Of a stretch of 64,000 bases of DNA, positions 19,302 to 27,987 are shown piece by piece (the stretch's first letter is position 1; every line of letters begins with the position of its first letter). Below the pieces are notes generated by a model. It was not told the origin of the DNA and ran no database searches. It saw nothing but the letters and a program-made list of their open reading frames with translations. A program made the position numbers and the translations under genes. Source of the DNA: Steroidobacteraceae bacterium (GTDB taxonomy: Bacteria; Pseudomonadota; Gammaproteobacteria; Steroidobacterales; Steroidobacteraceae); assembly GCA_036555785.1 (NCBI GenBank), contig DATBKP010000173.1, positions 21,299-85,298 of the forward strand, in the 5' to 3' direction.

Positions 19302-21693
19302 GCGAATTTCCGTTGCGGCGCTGGCGTGCCTGTCCTGCGTCGCGCTGCCGGCTCTCGCCGGCGGGCCGTTGTTCGTGGTCCCGACGGACCACGGTCTGCA
19401 GCCTGCGAAGTGGCAGGGAACGGTAAACGTGTACACGGATCTCGGTACGCTCGGCGTCGTCGACAACGCGCTGGCCAACCAGCTGGTGCAGAACTCGCTG
19501 CAGCAATGGTCATCGGTCTCGACCAGCAGCTTCCGTGCGAAGGTCGTGGGCACGATGGCGGATCTGGGTCTCGGCGACATCACCGGTGCGAACGCCGCGA
19601 GCGTCATCGGCGCCGACAATGGTGGCGGTATCCAGGTGATCTTCGATGCGGACGGCAGTGTGCTGCGCGATTTCATCGGCGTGGGCGACGGCGTGCTCGG
19701 CATCGCGACGCCGGAGTTTCTGGAGGCGGAAGGCTCCACCCGGATCGTCGAAGGCTGGGTGATCATCACGGCGGAAGGCGAGGGCGTCGAAGACCTCGTC
19801 ACCGGCGGTCCGCTCGCAGGCGTCATCACGCACGAGCTCGGCCATGCCATCGGCCTGGCGCATACGCAAACGAACGGTCTCTACTTCCGCAACGCGCCGA
19901 TCGAGGCGTGGGGTCTGCCCGCAGGCGCGGAGCGCGCCGGCCCGGATCAGTGTCCTGCGAAGGTCACCACGTATCCGACGACCGAGCAGGTCGAGACGAT
20001 GTATCCGTTCATCGATCCATATCCGTCGAGCCCGACCTACAACAGCCCCGGCATGTCGACGGTGAACATCGCCGACGACAAGTCCGCGCTGGCAGCGTTG
20101 TATCCGGCGCCGGGTTATCGCCAGCGCACCGGCACGATCTCGGGACGCGTGCTCGCGCAGGACGGAGCGACTCCGCTCAGCGGCATCAACGTGATCGCGC
20201 GCAATGTCGCCGATCCGTTCGACGCAGTGTCGCGCATCTCGGGCGATCGCACCCAGGGGCTCGCAGGCCCGGACGGCAGCTTCGAAATCAGCGGCCTGAC
20301 GCCGGGCGCGAAGTACGTCGTGTACACCGACCAGCTCGGCGCCGGCGGCTTCAGCACGCCGAAGGCGATTCTGCTCGGGCCCGAGGAATACTGGAACGCC
20401 AATGAGAGCGGCGATGCCACGCAGGACGATGCGTGCGCCGCGAGCAGGATCGTGCTCGCGAGCGGCGAGACGCGACGCATCCGCATCGTCATGAACGGCA
20501 TCGAGCATGCGCCGGCGTTCACTTATCTGCCGTATTCGTTGCCGCTGGATCTTTCCGACGACGGCCAGCGCGTGGCGGGACTTTACGGCCCATTCCAGTC
20601 GCCGTACTGGATCTGGAGCCAGCGCAACGGCATGCAGAACATCGATGGCAGCGGCTTCATGGGCGCGATCTCCGGCAACGGCCGGGCAGTCGGCGGCACG
20701 CTCACCAGGCAGGTCGAGACCGAGTTCGGTCCGGTCGATCAGGAGCGCGCCGCGTTGTGGACACGTGAGCGCGGCTGGCGCTCGATCGCGGAAGAAAAGT
20801 TTGCCGGCTGCGACATCTTCCACTCCAGCGTCTTCGACGTGAACGGCGACGGCTCGGCGGCCGTCGGCCTGTTGTTCGAGGACTGCAGCCACGCGCACGC
20901 CTTCAAATGGACCGCGCGCAACGGCATGCGCCGCCTGTCGAAGACCAGCGAAGGCGCCGCGCGCGCGAACGCGGTCTCCGGCGACGGCAACGTGGTCGGC
21001 GGCTGGGAAGAGATTCCGCAGGCGTTCGGCTTCCGCGTCGGCTCGCTGTGGCAGGGTCGCGAGCAGATGCTGCTCACCGATCCGGAGCCGCAGAACCCGT
21101 ATGGCTACGTGGGCGAGATCATGGCGATCAATGCCGCCGGCACGATGGCGGTCGGGTACGGCGCGGGCGTCGGCAACAAAGATGCCTATGAATGGACCAG
21201 CACGCAGGGCATGGTGAACATCGGCCGGTACCTGGGCTACGTCTGCTACACGACGTACGACTGGGAAACCGGCGAGCCGATCGAAACCTGCGAGGATCGC
21301 GAGACGATCGCCACCTCGATCTCGAACGACGGCAAAGTCATCACCGGCTCGTCGCGGCTGTTGTTCCTTGGCATCGACGATGCTGCGATCTACACGCGCG
21401 GTCTCGGCTGGATGCTGATGGGCGACTTCCTCGCGAGCCAGGGCGTGCTCGAGATGTCGCGCTGGCAGATTCTCGGCGCGAGAGTTTCGGGCAACGGCAA
21501 GGTGCTCACGGGGAGCGCCTTCCCGCTGGCCGCCGACTACTACCAGGGCTACCGCCTCGACCTGGATCAGGTGTTCGTCTGCCACGGCCACCATGACCGA
21601 CACACGCTGCGCGTCGGCTTCCCCGACGCGATGGATGCTCACCTGCGCCACGGCGACAAGATCGGGTTGTGTCCGGGCGACCGTCCGCTGTGA
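19291..21693 (+). CDS. Secreted metzincin-type zinc protease fused to a carboxypeptidase-regulatory-like domain and HAF-type extracellular repeats
   Basis: Signal peptide. HELGHAIGLAH (HExxHxxGxxH) at nt 19831-19863. Met-turn candidate ETMYPF. CarbReg-like GTISGRVLAQDG...GSFEISGLTPGAKY. Repeated (V/I)SG(D/N)G.V(V/L/I)(G/T)G motifs. Confidence 0.85.
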   Translation: MRAKRISVAALACLSCVALPALAGGPLFVVPTDHGLQPAKWQGTVNVYTDLGTLGVVDNALANQLVQNSLQQWSSVSTSSFRAKVVGTMADLGLGDITGANAASVIGADNGGGIQVIFDADGSVLRDFIGVGDGVLGIATPEFLEAEGSTRIVEGWVIITAEGEGVEDLVTGGPLAGVITHELGHAIGLAHTQTNGLYFRNAPIEAWGLPAGAERAGPDQCPAKVTTYPTTEQVETMYPFIDPYPSSPTYNSPGMSTVNIADDKSALAALYPAPGYRQRTGTISGRVLAQDGATPLSGINVIARNVADPFDAVSRISGDRTQGLAGPDGSFEISGLTPGAKYVVYTDQLGAGGFSTPKAILLGPEEYWNANESGDATQDDACAASRIVLASGETRRIRIVMNGIEHAPAFTYLPYSLPLDLSDDGQRVAGLYGPFQSPYWIWSQRNGMQNIDGSGFMGAISGNGRAVGGTLTRQVETEFGPVDQERAALWTRERGWRSIAEEKFAGCDIFHSSVFDVNGDGSAAVGLLFEDCSHAHAFKWTARNGMRRLSKTSEGAARANAVSGDGNVVGGWEEIPQAFGFRVGSLWQGREQMLLTDPEPQNPYGYVGEIMAINAAGTMAVGYGAGVGNKDAYEWTSTQGMVNIGRYLGYVCYTTYDWETGEPIETCEDRETIATSISNDGKVITGSSRLLFLGIDDAAIYTRGLGWMLMGDFLASQGVLEMSRWQILGARVSGNGKVLTGSAFPLAADYYQGYRLDLDQVFVCHGHHDRHTLRVGFPDAMDAHLRHGDKIGLCPGDRPL

Positions 21694-21724
21694 CCGGCTG
21701 AAACCTTACGGCGATTCTCCGCAT

Positions 21725-21746
21725 CGAAAAGCGGCCCGGCTTTTCG
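21725..21746. terminator. Hairpin CGAAAAGC-ggcccg-GCTTTTCG between the protease and BAAT genes (possible terminator)
   Basis: 8-bp perfect stem read directly (21725-21732 with 21739-21746). The A and T tracts lie inside the arms and there is no separate U-tail. Confidence 0.35.
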
Positions 21747-21761
21747 GTGACGGAGGTTCGC

Positions 21762-23102
21762 GTGAAATACCTTGCTCGGTGCGGGCTGTTGCTCGGCTGG
21801 ATGGTGTCGGCCGAGGCTCAGACCTTCCACGTCCAGCCGCCGAACCCGGTGCTCGTGGGCGAGCCGATGTCGATCACGATCGACGGCCTGCCGGCCGACC
21901 AGGACGTGACCTTGATTGCGGAGCGCGCGATGGAGGCGCCCAAGCCCGGTGAGCCGCCGGTGCTCTATCGCTCGCAAGCTGTATTCCCGGTGATGCAAGG
22001 GTCGCTCGATCTGGCGGCCGCTCAGCCGAAAGCCGGAAGCTACGCCGGCGCCGATATTCGCGGCTTGTTCTGGTCGATGACTCCGGTCGAGGGTGGCGAC
22101 GTCAGCGGGTTGCGGCTGCTGCAGGTCAAACTGACTGCAGTCGCTGCGAGCCGCGTGCTGGCGTCCACGACGATCGAATTCATCGACGCGCTGCCGGATC
22201 TCAAAGTCGAACAGGTCAAGGAATTCCCGGGCGCCGTATTCGCGACGCTGCCGGGCAAGGCGCCGCGTCCGGCGATCATCTTGCTCGGCGGCTCCGAAGG
22301 TGGCAGTCGCACCGCGCGCACCGGGGCGCCGCGCTTCGCGTCGCGAGGCTTCGCAGTGCTGGGGCTTCCGTACTACTCGCCGGGACGCGGCGAGCGCGAG
22401 ATTCCGGAGCTGCCCGCGGCGTTCGCCGACATTCCGGTCGATCGTCTCAATACTGCGTTCGCGTGGCTCAAGTCTCGACCGGAGGTCGACGCCTCGCGCG
22501 TGGCGCTGGTCGGCGGCTCGAAGGGTGCTGAGTTCGTGCTGATCGCGGCGAGTCATTTCAAATGGATCACCTCGGTCGTCGCCAGCGTGCCATCGGATGT
22601 CGTGTGGGAAGGCTGGGGTCCCGGGGTCGAGCCGGGCAAGCGCTCGTCGTTCTCGCTCGACGGCAAGCCGCTGCCGTTCGTGCCGTACGATGGGTTTGCG
22701 GAAGAGTTCGCGCACTTCGACGTCGGTCAGGACGTGAAGATGCGGCGCTTCCAGGATCGCGGACGCGCGGCGCATCCCGCAGCGGCAGTGCAGGCACGCA
22801 TCCCCGTCGAGAATTTCCGCGGTCCGTTACTGGTCGTCGGCGGACACGACGACCAGGTGTGGTCTTCGGGGATGATGGCGCAGAACATCGCGGAGCGCCG
22901 CGCGGCGGCGGGACTGGAAACGATCGCGCTGATCTTTCCCGATGCGGGTCACGCGCTGTCGGGCACCGGCTGGATGCCGACGACCCAGTACAACGCGGAC
23001 CCGGTCAAGGTTGGTGGCACGCCGGAAGCGAACGCTCGCGCCCAGGCACGCGCATTTCCGGAAACGTTCGCCTTCCTGAAGCGCACCTTGCACGCACCGT
23101 AA
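21762..23102 (+). CDS. BAAT/acyl-CoA thioester hydrolase family alpha/beta hydrolase, secreted
   Basis: Nucleophile elbow GGSKGAE. Layout matches a BAAT N-terminal domain followed by a C-terminal hydrolase domain. GGAGG at 21752-21756 precedes GTG 21762, giving the signal peptide MKYLARCGLLLGWMVSAEA. Track start 21747 is also GTG. Confidence 0.8.
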   Translation: MKYLARCGLLLGWMVSAEAQTFHVQPPNPVLVGEPMSITIDGLPADQDVTLIAERAMEAPKPGEPPVLYRSQAVFPVMQGSLDLAAAQPKAGSYAGADIRGLFWSMTPVEGGDVSGLRLLQVKLTAVAASRVLASTTIEFIDALPDLKVEQVKEFPGAVFATLPGKAPRPAIILLGGSEGGSRTARTGAPRFASRGFAVLGLPYYSPGRGEREIPELPAAFADIPVDRLNTAFAWLKSRPEVDASRVALVGGSKGAEFVLIAASHFKWITSVVASVPSDVVWEGWGPGVEPGKRSSFSLDGKPLPFVPYDGFAEEFAHFDVGQDVKMRRFQDRGRAAHPAAAVQARIPVENFRGPLLVVGGHDDQVWSSGMMAQNIAERRAAAGLETIALIFPDAGHALSGTGWMPTTQYNADPVKVGGTPEANARAQARAFPETFAFLKRTLHAP

Positions 23103-23107
23103 CTGCG

Positions 23108-23893
23108 CTAGACACGCACGATCTCGTCGTCGCCGTAGCGGTGATCGGCGCCGCGAATCATCGCGGCTTCCTTGCGTCGGCGCGTGCACAGACCGGGCAG
23201 ATCGGGCCATAGCTCCGTCATGAGCTCGAACTGCCCGGCGATCGCGTCGAGATCGCCGCGCGCGATCAGCGGCTTGAGCGCGGCCATGTGCCGGCGGCGC
23301 GATCCGCTCAGGCGCGTGCCGCGGTTATATATGAGAGACAGGATCATCGCTTGCGCGTCGGGCGGCAGCTCGTCGACGCCCGGATAAACGCCCAGAGTGC
23401 GGCGCGCGAACTGCGGCACCGTGCAACGATAGAAAACCGTCTGCGCGATATCGAACGGAACTCCGACATCCGACAGTCCGCCGGCGAGCTGCCTGGCACG
23501 CGCGCCCGTCACGCCTTGCACCGTGAGCAGACGATCGACGGCGGCGTCGGTGAGTTGCCCGCGCCAGTCCTGTTCGATCTGCCGGGCGCTCGTGACCCCG
23601 ACGTCGTAGCCGATGCCGATCGTCACGCCGCTCTCGCCGCCCGGCCAGCACGGCCGCCGCAGCTTCTTCTCGTAGTACGCCGGCGAGGTCACTTCGAACG
23701 AGACCAGCAAGTCGAGGCCGGCGCGCGAAACCTCCAGCGAGCACGGCACGTTCGCGATCTGTTGCGGCGAAAGGATGCGCGCCTCGAGCGCCGTCATCGT
23801 TGCCGGGCCGAGGATGCCGTCGGCGCTGAGGCCCATGGCCCGCTGCAGCCGGGCGAGCCGCCGATCGATCGGTTCCAGACTGGCGGTCGGCAT
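23108..23893 (-). CDS. Peptidoglycan-binding domain + lysozyme-like (GH24/pesticin-type) muramidase candidate
   Basis: The N-terminus LGLSADGILGPATMTALE is PG_binding_1-like. It is followed by FEVTSPAYYE...GVTIGIGYDVG...LSLIYNRG, which resembles T4-lysozyme-fold muramidases. No signal peptide is visible. Confidence 0.65.
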   Translation of the reverse strand: MPTASLEPIDRRLARLQRAMGLSADGILGPATMTALEARILSPQQIANVPCSLEVSRAGLDLLVSFEVTSPAYYEKKLRRPCWPGGESGVTIGIGYDVGVTSARQIEQDWRGQLTDAAVDRLLTVQGVTGARARQLAGGLSDVGVPFDIAQTVFYRCTVPQFARRTLGVYPGVDELPPDAQAMILSLIYNRGTRLSGSRRRHMAALKPLIARGDLDAIAGQFELMTELWPDLPGLCTRRRKEAAMIRGADHRYGDDEIVRV

Positions 23894-23985
23894 GCGACCC
23901 CCTTATCGGTTGCGATGAGTTGTAAAGATTAGCGGACCTTCCACGGAAGGTCGCGCATTACGCTGCGAACGGGCATCCTTGCGCC

Positions 23986-24453
23986 ATGCAACTACTACGC
24001 AAAATCCTTTTCCTCTTCCTCTCTGCGGGACTCGCGCTGGCGGCGGGCTGCAGCGGCAAGGCGCCGATGGTGTACGTCCTGGCGTCGGAGCAGGAGGTCA
24101 GTCTGCATCCGTCGGTTTCGGCGGCCAAGGTTCAGAAGGGCGAACAGATCGTCCTGCGCGTGCAGCGGCGCGCGGTGGGCCAATGGAAACAGATTCCGCG
24201 GGACCAGCTGACGCCGGGACAATGCTGGCTGTACGTGCCGCCGCCGGAGCTGGAGCCCGAGGTGGCCGACAAAGTGGAGTGGGAGATCATTCCCGATCGC
24301 GGCGTGCAGCTCGATCCCACGTTCCGGATGGATCACACGCGTATCGCCGTGCCGGTGTTCGCGGGCACTTACAAGCTGACGCCGTACAGCCCGGTCACCT
24401 GCGAAAAGGATCGCGTCGTGCAGGGGCCGACGATCGAGATCGAAGTGACCTGA
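23986..24453 (+). CDS. Lipoprotein, unknown function
   Basis: Lipobox LALAAGC. Predicted beta-rich 130-aa mature part with no recognised motif. Confidence 0.6.
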   Translation: MQLLRKILFLFLSAGLALAAGCSGKAPMVYVLASEQEVSLHPSVSAAKVQKGEQIVLRVQRRAVGQWKQIPRDQLTPGQCWLYVPPPELEPEVADKVEWEIIPDRGVQLDPTFRMDHTRIAVPVFAGTYKLTPYSPVTCEKDRVVQGPTIEIEVT

Positions 24454-24478
24454 CCGCCGGCCCCGCACTCCCGCAGGA

Positions 24479-25033
24479 TCACGCTCGCGCTGCGGCGGCG
24501 TCGCTCTCGACCAGGCTCTTCAGGCTCGCCAGGCCCTTGGCGAATTCGCCGCCGACCATCTTGTCCATGCTGAAGAACGTGCCGAACAGCTTGTGCAGGA
24601 AGCCGCTGCAGCCGGTCATCGCCCACGTGACGTTGGTCACCGCGCCTTCGCTCGCGACCGAGAACACCGCAGTGTTGGTCGCGACCATCGGTTTCAGGAA
24701 TTCGAGGCGCATGACGACGGTACGCGGCGTCTGCGATTCCACGACCGTCATGCGGCCCTTGCCGGCCTTGCCCGCGCTGTCCCATTCATAGGCGGCGCCG
24801 ATGCCGCGGCTCTCGCCGCTGTACACGATGTTCACGCCGGGGTCGGCGGCCGCGAACGGATTCCAGGTGTTGAACTGGCGCAGGTCGTTGATGCGGGCGA
24901 ACACTGCGTCGGCGCTGCCGCGAATCCGCTGCGAGCGTTCGATCCGGAAATCATCGGGCTTGGCCGCCACGTACGCGAGGAACGCGGCGACCAGGACGAA
25001 CAGTCCGAGCAACACGAGCGTCAAAGTGGACAT
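24479..25033 (-). CDS. SRPBCC (polyketide cyclase/dehydrase-like) protein with N-terminal TM anchor
   Basis: ATG at 25033 (MSTLTLVLLGLFVLVAAFLAYVAA). The body matches the SRPBCC pattern (F.I.RS..I.A....VF..I.D...W..WNP). Confidence 0.7.
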   Translation of the reverse strand: MSTLTLVLLGLFVLVAAFLAYVAAKPDDFRIERSQRIRGSADAVFARINDLRQFNTWNPFAAADPGVNIVYSGESRGIGAAYEWDSAGKAGKGRMTVVESQTPRTVVMRLEFLKPMVATNTAVFSVASEGAVTNVTWAMTGCSGFLHKLFGTFFSMDKMVGGEFAKGLASLKSLVESDAAAARA

Positions 25034-25164
25034 GTGAATCTCCCATGGGGCGTTTGTAAGGGGTCTACGCCCCAAGGACGCACGGCAGGTCCGCCAGCCG
25101 ACATCGACTCGGGTGTTCCGGGCAGGGGTGTAGAATCCGGCGCCTTGCCCGGAGGACGCCAGTC

Positions 25165-25692
25165 ATGCGCACCCCGCTTCTCGTCTGCGCCTCGATGCTG
25201 CTTCTTGCGATATCGGCGCTTGCAACGGCGGCCGACCAAGGGGTGACTGCGCGGCAGGGGCTCGCTGCCGCTACTGCCGCGGCGCAGAAGTGGCAGCCGG
25301 ATGCAGTACTCACGAGTGTTTCGACGATGCGCGCCGCACCGGACGGCCGCGCGGCGAACTGGGATTACATGTTCCACTCGCCGAAGTCCGGCAAGGCCTG
25401 CACGTTCACGGTTGCCGGCGACCAGCTGGTCGAGCAGCTGGAAGTGCGACCGCACATGACCGACCGCATCATCACGAACTTCGTCGACAGCACCGATGCG
25501 GCAACAGCAGCCAAGTCGAATGGCCTCGATACGAAAGGCCAGCCGCTGGTGATGTCGCTGCTGGTGATGGGCCAGGCAACGAAAGGTGCGGGCACGTTCT
25601 GGAGCGTGAGCGGCGGTTATGCGAAAGGCGCGCTGGCGGTCGTCGTGGATGCCAAGACCGGCAAGCTCGCTTACAAACAGGAAATGCCCTGA
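25165..25692 (+). CDS. Secreted hypothetical protein
   Basis: GGAGGA 7 nt upstream of ATG 25165. Signal peptide MRTPLLVCASMLLLAISALATA. Confidence 0.6.
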   Translation: MRTPLLVCASMLLLAISALATAADQGVTARQGLAAATAAAQKWQPDAVLTSVSTMRAAPDGRAANWDYMFHSPKSGKACTFTVAGDQLVEQLEVRPHMTDRIITNFVDSTDAATAAKSNGLDTKGQPLVMSLLVMGQATKGAGTFWSVSGGYAKGALAVVVDAKTGKLAYKQEMP

Positions 25693-25716
25693 AGACCGGA
25701 GTGGCTCGCCAAATTT

Positions 25717-26496
25717 TTATTCTTCTTGGCGATCTTCGTCTTCACCTTCGCGCCTTGGCGAGACTGTCTTCTCTTCCTCCTTCTTCTCCCCCGCCGCCGG
25801 CATCCCTTTCGGCAGCAGCGTTTCGACGACGACCGTCGGCGCGAAGTAAGAGCGCCGATGGGAATCGCAGGACACTTTCTTGTCGAGCACTTTGACGTCG
25901 AGCTGCTTGAAGACGGTCGGGATCATCTGCTCCAGCAGCTCGCAGTCCTCGGGACGGAGGCGGATGGTGGCGCGTGACAGCGTCACTCGCTTGCGTTGCG
26001 CCGGGAAGATGATCGGGTCGTTGAGCGCGGCGAGCGGATTGCCGGTCACGCGCGACACCAGCTCGCGGCGCGACTTGTCCTTCTCGATTTCCTTCATCAC
26101 GTCCGGCGTGGCCTCGACCGGGAACATGACTTCGATGCGCACGTTGGAGGTCTGCATCCGATCGTCGCGCAGCCGCTCGTAGCGATCGGTCGGCCAGCCG
26201 AAGGGATCCGAGCGTCGCCACGGGGACTCGTCCGGCATCAGGAACAGCTCGCAGTTGCTGACCCGCACCTTGATGTCGTCGCGCGCGCCCAGGTTGAGCA
26301 GGATGGCGCCGACGTGCTGGCGCAGCTGGCCGCAGTCGAGCATGTTCGCGAAGCTGCGGTAGACGAACCGCACTTCGTGCACCTTGTAGACCGCGGCGAC
26401 ATCCTCCTGCGCGGCGGCCGCGCAGCTCGACGCGAGCGCACCGGCGGCGAGCAGCGCCGCCAATGCCTCAATCGAACGGCAGGATCTTCTCCTCAT
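25717..26496 (-). CDS. Secreted Cys-repeat protein, paralog A (two internal C-x26-C / C-x24-C modules, charged tail)
   Basis: Signal-like N-terminus. Clear homology to the 33520-34428 product (EIEKDKSRRELVSRVTGNP...DCELLEQM vs EVERDKSRRALVSRVQGNP...DCELLEQM). The start overlaps the lectin gene 3' end by 29 nt. Confidence 0.7.
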   Translation of the reverse strand: MRRRSCRSIEALAALLAAGALASSCAAAAQEDVAAVYKVHEVRFVYRSFANMLDCGQLRQHVGAILLNLGARDDIKVRVSNCELFLMPDESPWRRSDPFGWPTDRYERLRDDRMQTSNVRIEVMFPVEATPDVMKEIEKDKSRRELVSRVTGNPLAALNDPIIFPAQRKRVTLSRATIRLRPEDCELLEQMIPTVFKQLDVKVLDKKVSCDSHRRSYFAPTVVVETLLPKGMPAAGEKKEEEKTVSPRREGEDEDRQEE

Positions 26497-27946
26497 AGAT
26501 GAACTCGATGTTCGAGCCGCGCATCAGGTGCTCGCCGTTGAAATTCTCGCCGGCGACGTCACGGTAGCGTACGTGCTCGACGGCCCTCAGGAACAGCCTG
26601 ATGTCCAGCGCCGCAAGCCTGTAGGCGCCGCGCTCGTGGGACTTGATCGCGAGATCGAGCAGCACGCGCAGCGCCAGGTGATCGAGCTTCGGCAAGCCGC
26701 CTTTCACTTTCGCCTCGTCGACGGACGCGCGCAGCAGATCGAGCTTGTAGCGCTGCAGATCGATGAAGCTCTGGTGATTGCCTGCCGGGTTGCCGTCGGC
26801 GATCTCGTTGCCCGGTCCCGGATGAATGCGCAGGCCGACGAAATGATACGAGCCGTTGAGCACCTTGCCGCGCGAGCTGCCGCAATCGTAGGTCACTTCG
26901 GTGACCGTGCCGAAGTAGCGACCCGTGCCGCGCGAAGTCTCCAGCATCTCCTGCGGATCCTGCGCCTGCCACGCGACCACGTCGCGGTGCGACGGATCCG
27001 GATCGAATTGCCCGGCCGGGTTCTGGCGCAGCGCGCGACAGCCGAAGAGATTGTTGGGCAGCGCTTGCTCGGTCAGATTCTCGACCTCGATTGCGCCGCT
27101 GAGCACCTGCACGCCGCTGGTGTGAGTCTCGATCACGGTGAAGTCGGGATGACCGCATAGATACGGCGGGATGACGACGGCGCCATTGAACAGCGTCAGC
27201 GGCTGGTTGCCGCAGCGGCTGGGATTGTCGTGAATCGTCGTGACGCGTGCCGTCAGCGTCGCGCCCGGATCGACGACCGCTTCTGGCGGCAGCTGCAACA
27301 CCTGCGCGCCTGTCGGGTTGCACCCCGGACCGTCCGCCGTGCACGTGTCGGCGTCAACGGTGACCGCGCCTTCGCCGTATTCGACGACATAGCCCCACAC
27401 GTTCGGGAACGCACCTTCGTCGTTCCAGCCGAACACGCCGTTGAGTCCGATGGCCAGGTGCTCCTCGGTCGCGCGGTGCAACGAATCCGGGGTCCGGTGC
27501 AGGTTGTTCGGCTCGCCGCTCTGCCAGTTGGTGTACGGCGACGGGCCGTTGGTGGGCGCGATCGACTCGCCGTTGAGCCACATCCAGCCGCAGCCGGGCT
27601 CGGGTGTCGTCGTCGCGCACGGTACCTGGAATCCGCCGACCCACAGCTCAGTGCCGCTGAGCGACGGATGTGGGGCGTTCAGCACCTGCTGACGCAGCTG
27701 ATGCACGAAGGTGTCTTCCGCGGCCGAGCCGATCGTTGCGAGATGACCTTGCACACCCTGGAACGAGCGCTGCTCGGCTGCGGCCTTGGCCGCGTCCCAG
27801 CTGATCTTGTTCGCGATGACGACCTGGTAGTAGTGGCCGTCGAATTGCACCGGCGCCGGCGGCGTGAAGTTCGTCGCGCCCGCCGGCAGCGCGGCGCAGC
27901 CGAGCACCGCGGCAATGACGGAGGGAATCGTTCGGATCGAAGACAT
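26468..27946 (-). CDS. Secreted C-type lectin domain protein (EPN + WND motifs) with ~300-aa uncharacterised C-terminal region
   Basis: ATG at 27946, preceded by GGGGAGAG 5 nt upstream. Signal peptide MSSIRTIPSVIAAVLGCAALPAGA. CTLD landmarks: WDAAKAAAE..GHLATI.S..E..F, WVGG, QSGEPNN (nt 27506-27514), GWNDE (nt 27419-27427). Confidence 0.8.
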   Translation of the reverse strand: MSSIRTIPSVIAAVLGCAALPAGATNFTPPAPVQFDGHYYQVVIANKISWDAAKAAAEQRSFQGVQGHLATIGSAAEDTFVHQLRQQVLNAPHPSLSGTELWVGGFQVPCATTTPEPGCGWMWLNGESIAPTNGPSPYTNWQSGEPNNLHRTPDSLHRATEEHLAIGLNGVFGWNDEGAFPNVWGYVVEYGEGAVTVDADTCTADGPGCNPTGAQVLQLPPEAVVDPGATLTARVTTIHDNPSRCGNQPLTLFNGAVVIPPYLCGHPDFTVIETHTSGVQVLSGAIEVENLTEQALPNNLFGCRALRQNPAGQFDPDPSHRDVVAWQAQDPQEMLETSRGTGRYFGTVTEVTYDCGSSRGKVLNGSYHFVGLRIHPGPGNEIADGNPAGNHQSFIDLQRYKLDLLRASVDEAKVKGGLPKLDHLALRVLLDLAIKSHERGAYRLAALDIRLFLRAVEHVRYRDVAGENFNGEHLMRGSNIEFIYEEKILPFD

Positions 27947-27987
27947 GTGCGCTCTCCCCAGCGAAGTTCTTTGTTCGAGTCGATGCG

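Noticed and set aside
19510-21651. 713-aa minus-strand ORF across the metzincin-HAF gene
   Set aside because: Shadow ORF with Arg/Ala-dominated composition. The opposite strand carries HExxHxxGxxH and the repeat structure.
25707-25731. CGCCAA-N13-TTGGCG inverted repeat with an internal T-run between convergent genes
   Set aside because: A 6-bp stem with a 13-nt loop overlapping the stop codon of 25717-26496. Thermodynamically unconvincing as a terminator.
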